A DNA stretch of 64,000 nt from assembly GCF_009914755.1 (NCBI RefSeq), contig NC_060939.1; one strand, given 5' to 3'. The notes below the pieces were generated by a model. That model worked only from the letters and a program-made list of their open reading frames with translations, was not told the DNA's origin and made no database searches. The translations under genes were made by a program, and so were the position numbers. This stretch comes from the human T2T-CHM13v2.0 reference genome, Homo sapiens. This document shows, in pieces, positions 39,368-53,400 of this stretch; position 1 is the first letter of the stretch; each line of letters starts with the position of its first letter.

Positions 39368-40924
39368 TCTGTAAAAGATTCTTATCAACAGTTAAAATAA
39401 GAAGCTGCTCAAGACATTTACCTATCCTGAATGTTTCAGGCCCTCAAGGTGCCAGGTAGCTGCAATATAGTTCTAGTGTAGAAAAGAAAACCCTGACGAG
39501 GTCTATATATTCCAGGACTCTGTCTGAGGCCCTTTGACACTCCGGGGGCACCCTGCCGTGACCCTGACTCTTTCCTGCATGTACTGAGGATGGAGGTAGC
39601 CTATGGGTGGCACAGAGATTTGCTGTCTGGCTAGCAGTACTTCAGGGTACTGGGTGGCTTGAGGACCTCCTGTTAGAAGCTTGGATTCACTTTTCCCAAG
39701 GCAACCACGATTGGATTCTATTAGTTCTGGGTCTTGAGAGCCTGCAAGGGCTTCCTTCTGCGAAGGTGAGTCTGGGAGAGACGCCATGGAGTCAGTGTGA
39801 GTTCTGCAGCCTCCCAAGTTCCGCTGGCGTGAGAGGCTTGCCTGGTGCCAGGGCTCTGGGCATTGGGAACATTGCCTGGTCTACCGGGCAAGAAACGTGA
39901 ACCACCGCAGTGAACTGGCAGCGCGTTGGCATTTTTCCCTCCATGTTTTTATAAAACCGCTGAGTAGACACCAGATTATAAATCCTGTGTAAATAGTCTT
40001 GAAGAGTTTCTGGGTTCAGCCCCAGAGAAGACTGGTTTGGGTTTTGAGGAATACTTCAAGAAAATGTTTGTTGGTTCTGTTTTCCAACGTAAAGTGCTGC
40101 ACAAGGACTGTGCTGTGAGATCCAGGAGTGTCTTTTCAGCCCTCAGTGAGTGCCTGCAGGGGACACAGCTGCTTTGGAGGAACGTGGTTCCGGAGGGTTT
40201 CCCACTCTCCATCCTAGTTGCTAAAGTCACGTTCCACGTATTGTGTTCTGATGATAGAATGAAAGCCCACTCCCCGCACCCTGGGGTCTAGGTGGGGAAA
40301 GGAGAGGTGTATATGGGATAGCCACGGGGTTTGGCATGAGCTCAGTAGAGACAGCAAACTGACCCAGACAGACTCCCGCTTTAGGGAAGCTGGGATGAAC
40401 TAAGTGAAGGTGGGTCATGGGAGCAATGCTGAACCACTTTGGTGGTTACAGTGAAGGCTGCTACACACCCAGCTTTGGGAGGTGGGGCCCAGGGTGTCCA
40501 GCTTTGTAGAAAGGCATGGTGTGGGGGTGGCTGGCGGAGGGGGTGGTGGGTGGTTTTCCTCTTGAATCTCTGAGAAACTTGACTGGTGTACTGCTCTCTG
40601 CTTTCCTAAGGGGTCCGTAGCTGTGCTGGTGGTTTGCTTGGTATCTGTATTACATCCACTCTGTGCTTCAGCCTGTTTGTCCAGTTACTGTGTCTAGTGA
40701 AGCTAGCATTCACATATTTTAGATTAAATTCCACACTCCACCCCCAAATTAAAACCCTGCTATTTAAGGTAAAAATAATTTTAAAATGTTTTATTTTGGT
40801 CTCTTTGGATAAATTAATCTTGAGGAAAGCAATACTTACTGAATGTTGATGTGTGTATATGTCTTTCTCTTTGTACCATACTTAACAGGCAAGTAACTCT
40901 CTTGTAAAATCAGATTCTAAATGA

Positions 40925-41232
<308 letters not shown>

Positions 41233-41258
41233 TCTAAATGATTTTCTTAAGTGTAATT

Positions 41259-41375
41259 CAGGAGTTGGCAAACTACAGCCCATGCTGCCACATCTGGCCT
41301 GCCACACCTGTTGTTGCACATAAAGTTTCATTGAGTCACAGTCATACTCATTTGCTTTCATATTGTCTGTAGACA
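41259..41375. mobile_element. MER58-like hAT MITE fragment
   Basis: CAGG.GTTGGCAAACTACAGCCC...TAAAGTTT.ATTG...CACAG.CAT.CTCATTTG.TT.CATATTGTCT. Confidence 0.7.
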
Positions 41376-41403
41376 ACCTAGAATGTTAGAAAATTCTTTC
41401 TCT

Positions 41404-41988
<585 letters not shown>

Positions 41989-42029
41989 CTATTTGTATTC
42001 TGTGAACCATAAGAAATAAGTCAACTATC

Positions 42030-42408
<379 letters not shown>

Positions 42409-42738
42409 CTAGTTCTTTTACTTGTTCTTTGTTTCAGAGTTTTAAGTCTCCATTTGATAAAGTATAGTTTAATAGCCTTCGAAACCACATCGTTGAGATT
42501 TAAAAAGCCCTCCTTGAGAGACATGACCAGTAGAAATCATACCAGGACCGTTTAGCACCCTAACTCTGGGAGCCATGGCTCTTGGGATGCGGCTGAAGAT
42601 TGTGTTATCGTCCTGAAGCTCTCTTGGACAGCTGAGTCAATGACTGGAGGTAGGAAAGTTCCTTGAACTCTTTCTTGTGCCCTTCCAACTGTGAGCTGTG
42701 TCACCATTGTATTATTTTTACATTGTTGTTGTTCTTGA

Positions 42739-43124
<386 letters not shown>

Positions 43125-43495
43125 TAATTTGCCCTTGCCCCCAACTTTTATCTTGGAATTTCTTACGTATTAATATACTGTCAGGGTCCCTGCTTGGGGC
43201 ATTGTCCTTGGGCTTGTCATTAGATAACTCCAAGTTGGCTTGACTCCAGAGGAGCTGCCTTCACACGTGCTGTGAAATGTACTGTTGTTGACCAGAGACC
43301 ATCGTTATCATTAAGTCCACAAACCTGCTTCCTGTCTCTTAGGCTGTTCCAGTCTTCTATCGAAAAACAGTGGTTTAAGTGGCTTCTCCGATAGTGCTGG
43401 TGAATTGGAAGCTTCTCGTCATCCCCCTTGGCTGGGGCGAGGCTTACTTCCTGGGGCCTTGGCAGTTTTGATCTAACTGACTTATGTTACCTTTC

Positions 43496-44060
43496 TGTAT
43501 TAATCAAGCCTTTTTATTTTCCATACTTCTGATGCTTTGACATCTTGGGGCCTTGCTGACCCTGAAGAGACCAGCCCCCCTAGGGTTAGCCAGTTCCTAG
43601 GTAGTGAATGAGTACAATGCTCATATGCAAAATAACCAATCCAAAGGCCACGCCCCTCACTCATATGCAAAATAACCAATCCAAAGGCCAGGCCCCTTAC
43701 CACCTTTATTGGGATTTCATACTCCAGGCCAATATTGCCCTACCTTAATCACCCTAGGGCCAGATACCAGGCAAGAGACAGCCCCTACACCCCAGAGCCT
43801 GTCAGAATTACTCCAGCCAGCTAGTCCTAAACCTGCTTACCTTGTGTGATTTATTCCTTCCCAAGGAAACCACAATAAAGGCTCTCCTCCATGTTTTCCT
43901 ACCATTCCCTCTGCCTCAGGACCAACCTTGGTTCTTCTCCGTGTGGCCCCTTGGCATGGTGCACTACCTCTTCTTGGGGACTGTGAGTAACAGACTTTTT
44001 CAGTGGCAATTGTCTTTTAACTGTTGGCCTCACCGTACCTGAATAGCAGTAAACCCTACA
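43496..44060 (+). mobile_element. Solo LTR, MER74/MER73-like (ERVL), with an internal 40-bp tandem duplication
   Basis: TG...CA termini; TGATGCTTTGACATC.TGGGGCCTTGCTGACCCTG; CATATGCAAA..AACCAATCC; AATAAA at ~43874. Confidence 0.7.
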
Positions 44061-44473
44061 TCTTAAAATACTTTGAGATTGTCACATACAGTACCCAGAA
44101 TAGGTGAGGATGAAGGCAATTTACTGGATGCAGAGCGGCCCCAGTCCATTCCTTATGTCCGAATGCTAAGACTTGAGAAAGGTGGAGAGGAGCCTGACTA
44201 TCAAGAGTTGCCTTCTTGGATGAAGTGGGCTGAAGACACACGAACCCCTTCCATTAATACATCTACATATTTTCCACCATTGTAATTGTATTAATAATTG
44301 GAGAAAATAACAATGACTGTCAACAACAATAGCTTAATCCAGTAGAGATGAGGTCCGGAATAGGTTCTGGCCTACCTCAGTTCATGTTTTTTACTTTCAA
44401 TGCTGAAGCACAAGCAAATGCAAAAGCTTCTCTTGAATGTTTTGTAAATTGTGGGATAATTGAGGTATGTGAC

Positions 44474-44522
44474 ATGGTTAATAACCCAGTGTCTGCTCAT
44501 TGAGCACTGGGTTATTAACCAT
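44474..44522. repeat. Perfect 18-bp inverted repeat with 13-nt spacer
   Basis: ATGGTTAATAACCCAGTG (44474-44491) and CACTGGGTTATTAACCAT (44505-44522). Confidence 0.97.
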
Positions 44523-44723
44523 ACATAGCAAATGGAGCACATCATCGTGGGTTGCTTGCGTCACTAGATCCTGTTGCAAAACCAAGATTCAACTTTAAAA
44601 TACATTTTAATTTAAGTTACTCTTTCTGGCATGAATGATACATCACTTTGGAGCAACACTTACCAGGCAGTGAAAGCTTTTTTTAATGCCCTGTGTAGCA
44701 CTGCTTTCGGTGCCCTTATATGA

Positions 44724-45032
<309 letters not shown>

Positions 45033-46338
45033 TGTTTATATGGTTTTAAAAACAAAAATGTATATGCTCTCAAGATGGCTTTCAGAGAGCTTATTAGTGT
45101 CTTGGCCATTTGGAATTCCATTTCACTTAAATTAGAAGAGTGAAAGAGAAATGAATGGAAGACCAAAAATGGGGAGAAGAAATTGTATCTGATATAAGCG
45201 TGGCTCTACCTGGGAGAATGGCCATTCCGAATTACTGGAAACAGGAAGAAGACTTGCTATGATGCTTCCTTATATCTGTGGGGGAAAATCAAACTTACAT
45301 TCTGAAAGGAAACTTAATACTTCATGTTTTTAAACACAAAAGGATATTTTTTCAGAGTAGCAGTTATAAAGTTGTTAGTTTAATCTTTTAGTTCAGCTTT
45401 TTTTCTTACCAGAAAAATAATTAGTAGTACAAAAATTTATGCGTTTGTTTTAGCTCTATTCTGATACTGTTAAGAAGATACATGACATAAAAACAGGAAT
45501 ATTTTCAGTCAGTGATTACAATTTAAAATCATATTCGAAATTTAATAAAAAGTTTAAAAGAAATCACCAGCATAAGATGTTGTCATTTGGCTCTTGGGGC
45601 AAACCAGCTCTCTTCTGGTGAAAGAACTTTCTGGATGAGGTCGAAAGGCAACAGAAAACCTGGGGAACAATGGCTGTCTTTTTAATGGGAGTTGCTCCTA
45701 TTCCTGGTGGTAACAACCTCTTCCTGTTGCTCCTTTCCGAATGGAATTGCCTCAGTGAAGTTGTTGAAGAAGTGAGGAGGGCGAAATATGCCCATCCTTC
45801 TACAGTGGGGAGAGGCCTGGCGCATGAAAGCAGGCCTTTGTGTATGCCGGGCTGGGCCCATGCAAACAGGGCACAATCAGGCTATTGTTTGTTTGGGAAA
45901 AGCTATGGCATCCTATTGCAATTATTTATGGAAGAAAATATTTGATGTTTTTGGAAGAGGTTAGGTGTGGGGGGTGATGAGGGAGGGAGGAAAGAGACTG
46001 GGCTTACCTCTTGTCCCATTCACTCCAAATCTCTCAGTGCGTAGGATAGGGTCCATCTGGTCCAAAGGAGAGTTTTGTGTGACTCTGTGTGTTGGAGTGT
46101 TTTCGAAATGCAGAGAAATTCAGAGCTTCTCTAGCTTTGGCTAGAGAAGGAACAATGGAAGTGAGTCTTATTCTACCTAAGTTTGATGTGGGGCAGCCTG
46201 TTCTGTAGTTGCCTTCCAAGCCCTTCTTCTTTCTGATGCTTTCTTGGTACCATTGCCCACATGCTGCCTCCACCCTGGATGAGGTCTAGACCTGTTACAT
46301 TGATTCTCAACTAATTAAAAGTCAATATGGTAAAATAT

Positions 46339-46516
46339 TTGCAGCATTCCTTCTCCTTCCCTGTGTTCATTTCTGAAGCTCAACAGTCTTCCATACTCAA
46401 GCTGTGGGGAGGTCCCTTTCTCCTTTGACACCAGCCATTTTGTGATCTGCCCTTTCAGGCCACCCCAGCCACCCTACTTTCCCAGTCTTGCCTCTGCCTA
46501 CTTCACCTCTTCTCTC
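46339..46516 (+). repeat. Inferred donor copy of a ~177-bp dispersed duplication
   Basis: About 90% identical to 48107-48281; the last 45 bp are identical. Confidence 0.95.
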
Positions 46517-47404
46517 GAACCTCAGAAGCTTCTGGAGTCTTCACAGTGGCCCTAATCATGGGTCTCATCCTTGTTTTCCTGTCTCTTTGAGGTTCCAGCA
46601 GCCAGCTTTGCCTCATCAGGCCTTTCTCTGAAATTCCCATCAATAACTACAAGATCTGCCCAGTACCTTGTGCATATCAGGTCTCAGGAAATTGTGAGTT
46701 TCTTGTTTCATTAAACATTTTTCTTTCCAGGAATCATCATTCATCGCATTGCCATATGTGTCCAGATCCCCCTTTTCAGGGAGCCAGTAATTCGAAAGCA
46801 CTTGCCTGTGTTGAATATGGTGGAAAAAACAAATGTCAACCCTAGCCGGCCATCACTCCCCATCGGCCCACCCCATTCTCTTGTGCCAGTAGGACTTGCC
46901 TGTGTTTTCTTTGGGCAGTTCAAAGTTGGGCTCTTGAGAAGTTGCCTGTAAATTCAATTGAAGTGACCAGATCTCATCCTTACCCACTCTGTAGCTGCAG
47001 ATAATAAACACTGGGGACTTCCCTTGTGCCTGTGTTTTAATGTAACCTTAAGACTTGATGCTCCCTGGAGTGTAAGAATATGAATAGCTACTCGCTGTGG
47101 ATATTGCAGTTAATTACTCCTTCCTGTCCCATGTGGTCCCCAGAGGAATATGAGATTGCCACAAACATGGCAGCTTTCTTTGGGGAGGTGGGAGAGGGAG
47201 ATGAATCTTGGGGCAAGGCACATTCTCATAACCATGTGGCTCCAGAAAGCTGCCTGACTCAGAGAATGGCTATAAATGCCCGGTTGTATGGATCTGAGAT
47301 CCTCAAAGCCAGGTTCATTCACTTATTTATTAATTTAACAAACATTAGGCAGCTGTGGTGCTCTGTCTGCTCCAGCAGTGATCAAGACAGAAAAGATTTC
47401 TTCA

Positions 47405-47872
<468 letters not shown>

Positions 47873-48047
47873 TTACGCTGGGTAGTCATTGAGGCCTCTG
47901 TGAAAAGGTGGCATTTAGACTAAGGGAGATTGGAAGGTCCAGCCATGGGAAGTTCAGGAGAAAGGATAAGAAGAAAAAGCTGTCACATGGGCACAGACTG
48001 ATGACCAGCAAGGCTGGAACTTGGAAGATGAGGGAAACTGAGAGTGA

Positions 48048-48636
48048 TTGTCAGCTCAGGCTGCTTTGACAAATTACTGTAGCCTGGGTGGCTTAAACAA
48101 TAGACATTGCAGCATTCCCTCTCCCTCTCTGTGTTCATTTCTGAAGTTGAATAGTCTTCCATACTCAAGCTCTGGGGAGATCCCTTTCTCCTTTCACACC
48201 AGACATTTCGTGATTTGCCCTTTCTGACCACCCCAGCCCTACTTTCCCAGTCTTGCCTCTGCCTACTTCACCTCTTCTCTCCAGCGTCATGGTTGGAGAA
48301 GCATATTCTCATGGTTCTGGATGCTGAAAGTCCAAGGTCAGGTGTCAACAAGGTCTGGTTCTAGTGAGGGCTCTCTTCCTGGTTTGCAAACAGCTACCTT
48401 CTCACTGTATCCTCATATAGTGGTGGGAGAGAGCAAGCTGTGGTGTCTCTTCACTGATTAAGGACATTAATCCAATTGTATCAGGGTCTCACCCTTATGA
48501 CCTCATTTGATCTTAATTGTCTCCTTAACAGCCCTACCTTCAACAGAGTCACATGAGGGGTTAGGGTTCCTACATATGAATTGGCAGGGTGGAGGTGGGA
48601 GGTGGCCGGGGATGAGACACAATTGATTTCATAGCG
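48048..48636 (-). mobile_element. MLT1 (MLT1B-like) MaLR LTR interrupted by the duplicated segment 48107-48281
   Basis: GGCTGCT..GACAAA.TAC....CTGGGTGGCTTAAACAA.AGACATT, resuming at TTCTCATGGTTCTGGA.GCTG.AAGTCCAAG...GTGAGGGCTCTCTTCCTGG...CACCCTTATGACCTCATTT. Confidence 0.85.
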
Positions 48637-48992
48637 TCGAGTTATAAGATGGGTCACAGTATTAGATGGGACCAGAGCAGAGAGGGTCTGTAGGCCATGG
48701 CAAGAGTGAGAATTTACTCAATACACAGTGGAAGTTGGGGATGAGTGAGAAGCACAAGAGTGGCACACTGATTTCTACAACAGTCAGTCTAGCTGCTGGG
48801 TGGAGAAGGGGAGAAGGAGGAATAGTGGAAAAAGCAGGGAGACCGCTTAGGAAGCTGCTGGGACCGTGCATATGAGAGATGTTGGTGGCTTGAACCAGTG
48901 CTGGGTTTCTCAGCATTGGCAGTATTGACATTTTGGGTGAAATAATTAGTTGGGGAGTGGCAGGGCGGGGGGTAGGGGTGCAGTCCTGAACC

Positions 48993-49232
48993 AGTGCCAG
49001 GTTTCTCAGCATTGGCACTGTTGGCATTTTGGGTGAGATAATTAGTTGTGGGGGGCTGTCCTGTGTATTGCAAAATGTTCAGCAGCTTCACTAGTCTCTA
49101 CCTGCTAGATGCCAGAAGCCCACCCACCCCGCCCCCTAGTCATGACAATCAAAAATGTATCTAGACATTGACAGATGTTAACCTGGGATTAGGGGGTGGG
49201 GAGACCAAAATTGTACCCTGTTGAGAACCACT
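48993..49232. mobile_element. MER20 hAT MITE, with its first ~60 bp duplicated upstream at 48891-48952
   Basis: TTTCTCAGCATTGGCACTGTTGGCATTTTGGG..AGATAATT..TTGTGGGGGCTGTCCTGTG.ATTG...GTTGAGAACCACTG. Confidence 0.88.
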
Positions 49233-49627
49233 GGACCAGAGTCATAGCAATTTGCAGTGGATAGATTTAGGAATATTTGAAGACTTGTAAAATATAGCCT
49301 GAAGGGAATGGAGACTGGGAGAGTGAAAGATACCTCTGAGACATTTTGGCTTGGACAGAACAGGGGGTGGAGGCTTCCATTCCTGAGCTGCAAAGGAGTG
49401 GGGAGGGAGGAGCAGTGTAGTTTGGGAAGTGTGTGGTGGAGAAGGCAGATGGGGCAGGAGCTCTGTCTTGCATCTCTCAGGTCAGAAATGCCTCAGACAT
49501 CCAGGGGGGGCAAGCTAAGATGGAGTTGAACACAGCAGTGTAGGGCTCAGGGGACAGGCCAGGAATGGAGAGAAACATTTGGCACTCATCTACTTGTAGC
49601 TTCCCTGTCGAGAAAAATGAAATCATC

Positions 49628-50455
49628 CAGGGGTTTTCAAATTCAGTGGTCTCTGGACCCCTTCACACTGTTAAAAATGGAAAACCCTGCCACTGTCTAC
49701 ATGTTTATGTTGCCCCAGTAATCTATGCATTGAAACCTAATCACCATGTGATGATATTAGGAGCTGGGGCCTTTAGGAAGGGATTAAATCGTGAGGGTGG
49801 GGGACCTTTATGAATGAGATTGTGCCTTTATAAAAGAGAGCTGCTTTGCCTCTTCTGCTAGAAGGTGCCCTCCGTGAACCAGAAAGTGGAGCCCTCACAA
49901 GACACTGAATCTGCCAGTGCCTTGATCTTGGACTTCCCAGACTCTAGAACTGTAAGGAATAAGTTTCTGTTGTTTAAAAGCTACCTAGTTTAAGGTGTTT
50001 TGTTATAGGTGCCCAGACAGGCTAGGACAAACGCCAATAAGCTTTCGTTTATGTGGGTTGTATCCATTGATACTTGCTGTATGAAGAATTAAAATTAATA
50101 ACTTTAAAAAGATTTATTGATTCAGAAACAGTAACAAAACTTAATATGCGTTAACGTACTTTTATGTTGGATAAAAACTATATCCCACCCCAGTATATGA
50201 ATAGAGTGGCATTGTTTTATGTGTTTAATCTCTGGCTTAACAGAAGGCAATTGGATGATCATACCTGCTTCTATGTTTATTCTGCTGCCAATATCACACA
50301 GCTTCTGGAAACTTCCACGGCACACATTCATGAGACAATAAGAGTTAAAAAGGTAAACAGTGTCTTAGTAGTGTATGAAAATAGTTTAATCTCATAGACC
50401 CCCTGAAAAAGCTGCAGAATCCTTACGCGTTCACAAACCACACTTTGAGAACTAA
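49628..50455. mobile_element. Charlie1-family hAT relic interrupted by an MLT1A LTR
   Basis: GTGGTCTC.GGACCCCTT.ACACT.TTAAAAAT; AAGCTTT.GTTTATGTGGGTT; GAGTGGCATTGTTTTA; ACCACACTTTGAGAAC end. Confidence 0.7.
49688..50029 (+). mobile_element. MLT1A-like MaLR LTR
   Basis: TTGAAACCTAATC.CCA.TGTGATG.TATTAGGAG.TGGGGCCTTT...CTTGATCTTGGACTTCCCAG.CTC.AGAACTGT.AG.AATAA.TTTCTGTTGTTTA. Confidence 0.85.
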
Positions 50456-53400
50456 AGATCAAGGAGTACAGTTTTCTCATTTTTATGCTGTTCAGAGTGT
50501 GGTTGAAGTTCAGCCATCACTAGTCCTTCACGGATAGTTCATACCCCAAGTTGATGGCCTTGTGGAATTGCTGATGCTATTTTCATATATATATATATAT
50601 ATAATTCTAGCCTTTTTCTCTGGTCTTATAAGAGTCACATACGTAGGTAATTTCATATCCTACAAATATGTTCTAAACAGCAGAATATTCCAGGAAACCT
50701 TAAGTGATAACTGAGTTGAAAGAGTCATATTTTTTAAGCAATACAATTTAAATAATTTTTAAAGGAAACATTTCTAAAGGACGTTTTACATTGCTTGCAT
50801 TAAAAAGAATATAATGAACATAATCCAACTTTTTCTCAATACTCAGGGTCATCACTGTGAAAGTAACTTCATTCTATGATAAGATAATGATGCTCCCAGG
50901 TGGGCAAGGCAGTTTTTCATCTAAGGTAATTGAGACACCTTTTAAAAGCAAAAGATAAATTCACAGACCCTCAGTGTCATTATAAATTACTTGGTATAAA
51001 GATACTTAAATACCTACAGCCTTATAAGGCCTAGGTGTCAATTTTTTACGCTTGCAGATCTTTTACAACTGTAAGTTAAATGATTTTACACATTAAGTGC
51101 ATATAAAACAAAAAGATTCAAACCCAAATATTAATTTAATGACATGGGTAATATTTTGCTAAAAGTAAACCACTGCTCAGAATGTGAATAAACTGACCTC
51201 GAAGGCCTGAGTACGTTTGAATTACGGAACACCTCTCTTTGACATCACAATTGAATTTTTTCTTTAAGTATCGCAAGGCCCCAGTTCACGGAAGTACCAC
51301 AACATAAATTGGTCTTCACTTGGTATGTGAACACATATTTATATGTTAAATGTGTCTTTTCTTTTTGGTGTACAACAGCTAGAGTAATGCAGTTTGCTTG
51401 CAATGTGTTTTTTATGTAAATGCTGATGCCGAATCCACTTGGCAGCACTGAGTTACAAGAAGGTTAAGTAGATGAACTAGAAGATGGATAAACGAAGATA
51501 GATAAAATGAAGAAAAACAAAAGTCAAGGAGAACTCAGGCGTCCAAGAGTGTGTAAACAACTTCTGGTGTGAGACGCGCTACATTGCGCTAAATGGCCTG
51601 TGCGCTTCTGGTTTTTCCCTTCCTCTGTTGATTTTTTATAGTTGTCTTTTATTTTAAACACGCCCCCCCCCCTTTTTAAACTGATTTTACCATCACTCTC
51701 TCTAGCCCTGCCTCCCTAGAATTAGCTGCTTCTTACCTCCCTTGGATCTGGAACTTAAATATTAACGTGTATATAAGTTAATAGTAAGTAGACCGTGAAT
51801 TTAGAAGAGTAAAACAGAATCATGAGTACGTAGTCACTGTGGCCCCTTTTTTGCTGGATTTCAAGTTCGTAAGCATTTTTGGAAGAGAGTCGAAGGGGAA
51901 GGGGTGGCTTGCCAGTCAGTTGAGTGATGCGTGAGGGAGGCGTTAAATGTGCATGATGCACTAAAATGCATGTTTCGAGATCCAGTATGACTGCTCTTCC
52001 ATAGATGATGAAACCAAGGCAGAGAAATAAGATGTAACTCTCTTACCTTGATTAGTGATGAGAATGGGACAGCTTTATTTATGAAACCCGGAAACCACTA
52101 GCCCATTCTTGGGATGATTGATATCTGCAAGGATCTTCAGGAATAGAGTACCTGGGGCTCAGGAGCCAAGACTAGAAGTGTTGAAAGGTGAGCAGGAATT
52201 AGCTGCTGGCCTCAGACGTGGAGAGACACACGGGTGTATGTGTGCACACACACACACAGGCACATGTATATTCATGATGGCTTCTTAATTCCCACTCCAG
52301 GCCAACTCATTTCCCTTTCCCTTCCACAGGTACTTATACCATAAAAGGTATATGAAGTGCTAAAATACTTGTAGGTATGTTGTCAATATGAGCTACTCTG
52401 TAAATGATAAATAATAATTGACTGGTGAGTCTAGGCAAGGCAAGTCAATGAGATTACAAGAAAAGAGATGTTAGGCCTTCAGAAAGATGGAAATTTCTCT
52501 TTGTCCCTGCAGGGACTGTTGCAGAGCATTAGAGCCACCCTCAAACAGTTACCCAGTGAGTCTCCTCAAAGCAAGTGGCACTGAGATACAACCTTCCTAC
52601 AGGTTTTCAAGTCATCTCGTGTGGTGCACAGTCCTGGCCCTACCTCGAAGGCCCGGGCGAAGTTTTCCTGAGTGTGTATACTCATCTCTTTGTGTTGTCT
52701 CTGGCAGGGAGCAAGTGAGTACAGGATTGGAGTAATAGGCATTTTTAGGCTTGAGATGGCTTTGTGTGTTTGGTTAATGTCACTACATTTCCTAGGGGAT
52801 AATAAAAGTCTAGCATGATAAAAGATCTCGTCTTACAAGGTCCCGATGTAAAGTTTGGAGCCTAACTTAGAATTTAAAATAAAATACATTTTGACCCATT
52901 GTATTGAGAGCTGGTATAATTTAATATAGTGAGCCCCTCGGCTTCTGGTTGGTTGGGTTATAAAGCCTGTTATTCATTCGCTCATCCATTCATGCATTTC
53001 TCCTATGAGGAAGCTTTTTCCTTTGAGCTGAACACACAAAATTAATCGTGCTCGAACTCTCCAAATTTTGTGAGTTCCCTGGTAACTGACTGTATGGAAG
53101 ACAGAAATAAAAATCAGAATAAACTTTTATTTTCTGAATCAGAAAGCAGTTGCTCCAGCTTCTGGTGGTCACATTGCTAAGATGTAAAAAACAGAAGTTA
53201 GGTGAAATAAATTAAGAATAATTATTTTGGAGAAAGAGAGGGTAGTGTTTGACTAAATTAGAAACATTCTCTGAGTCTTAGAAGCGTGAATGATTTAAAT
53301 GAGGTTCCAGCATAGTATTGCATGTGGTTTCTATTTTAGAGTTTTCCCACTTGAAAACAAACTTTGAGGATTTTTATTGAAGTCCATCAGTTTTAACTTA

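Noticed and set aside
51450-51720. Processed pseudogene or small RNA gene
   Set aside because: No recognisable ORF, poly-A tail, TSD or snRNA/Y RNA/tRNA motifs.
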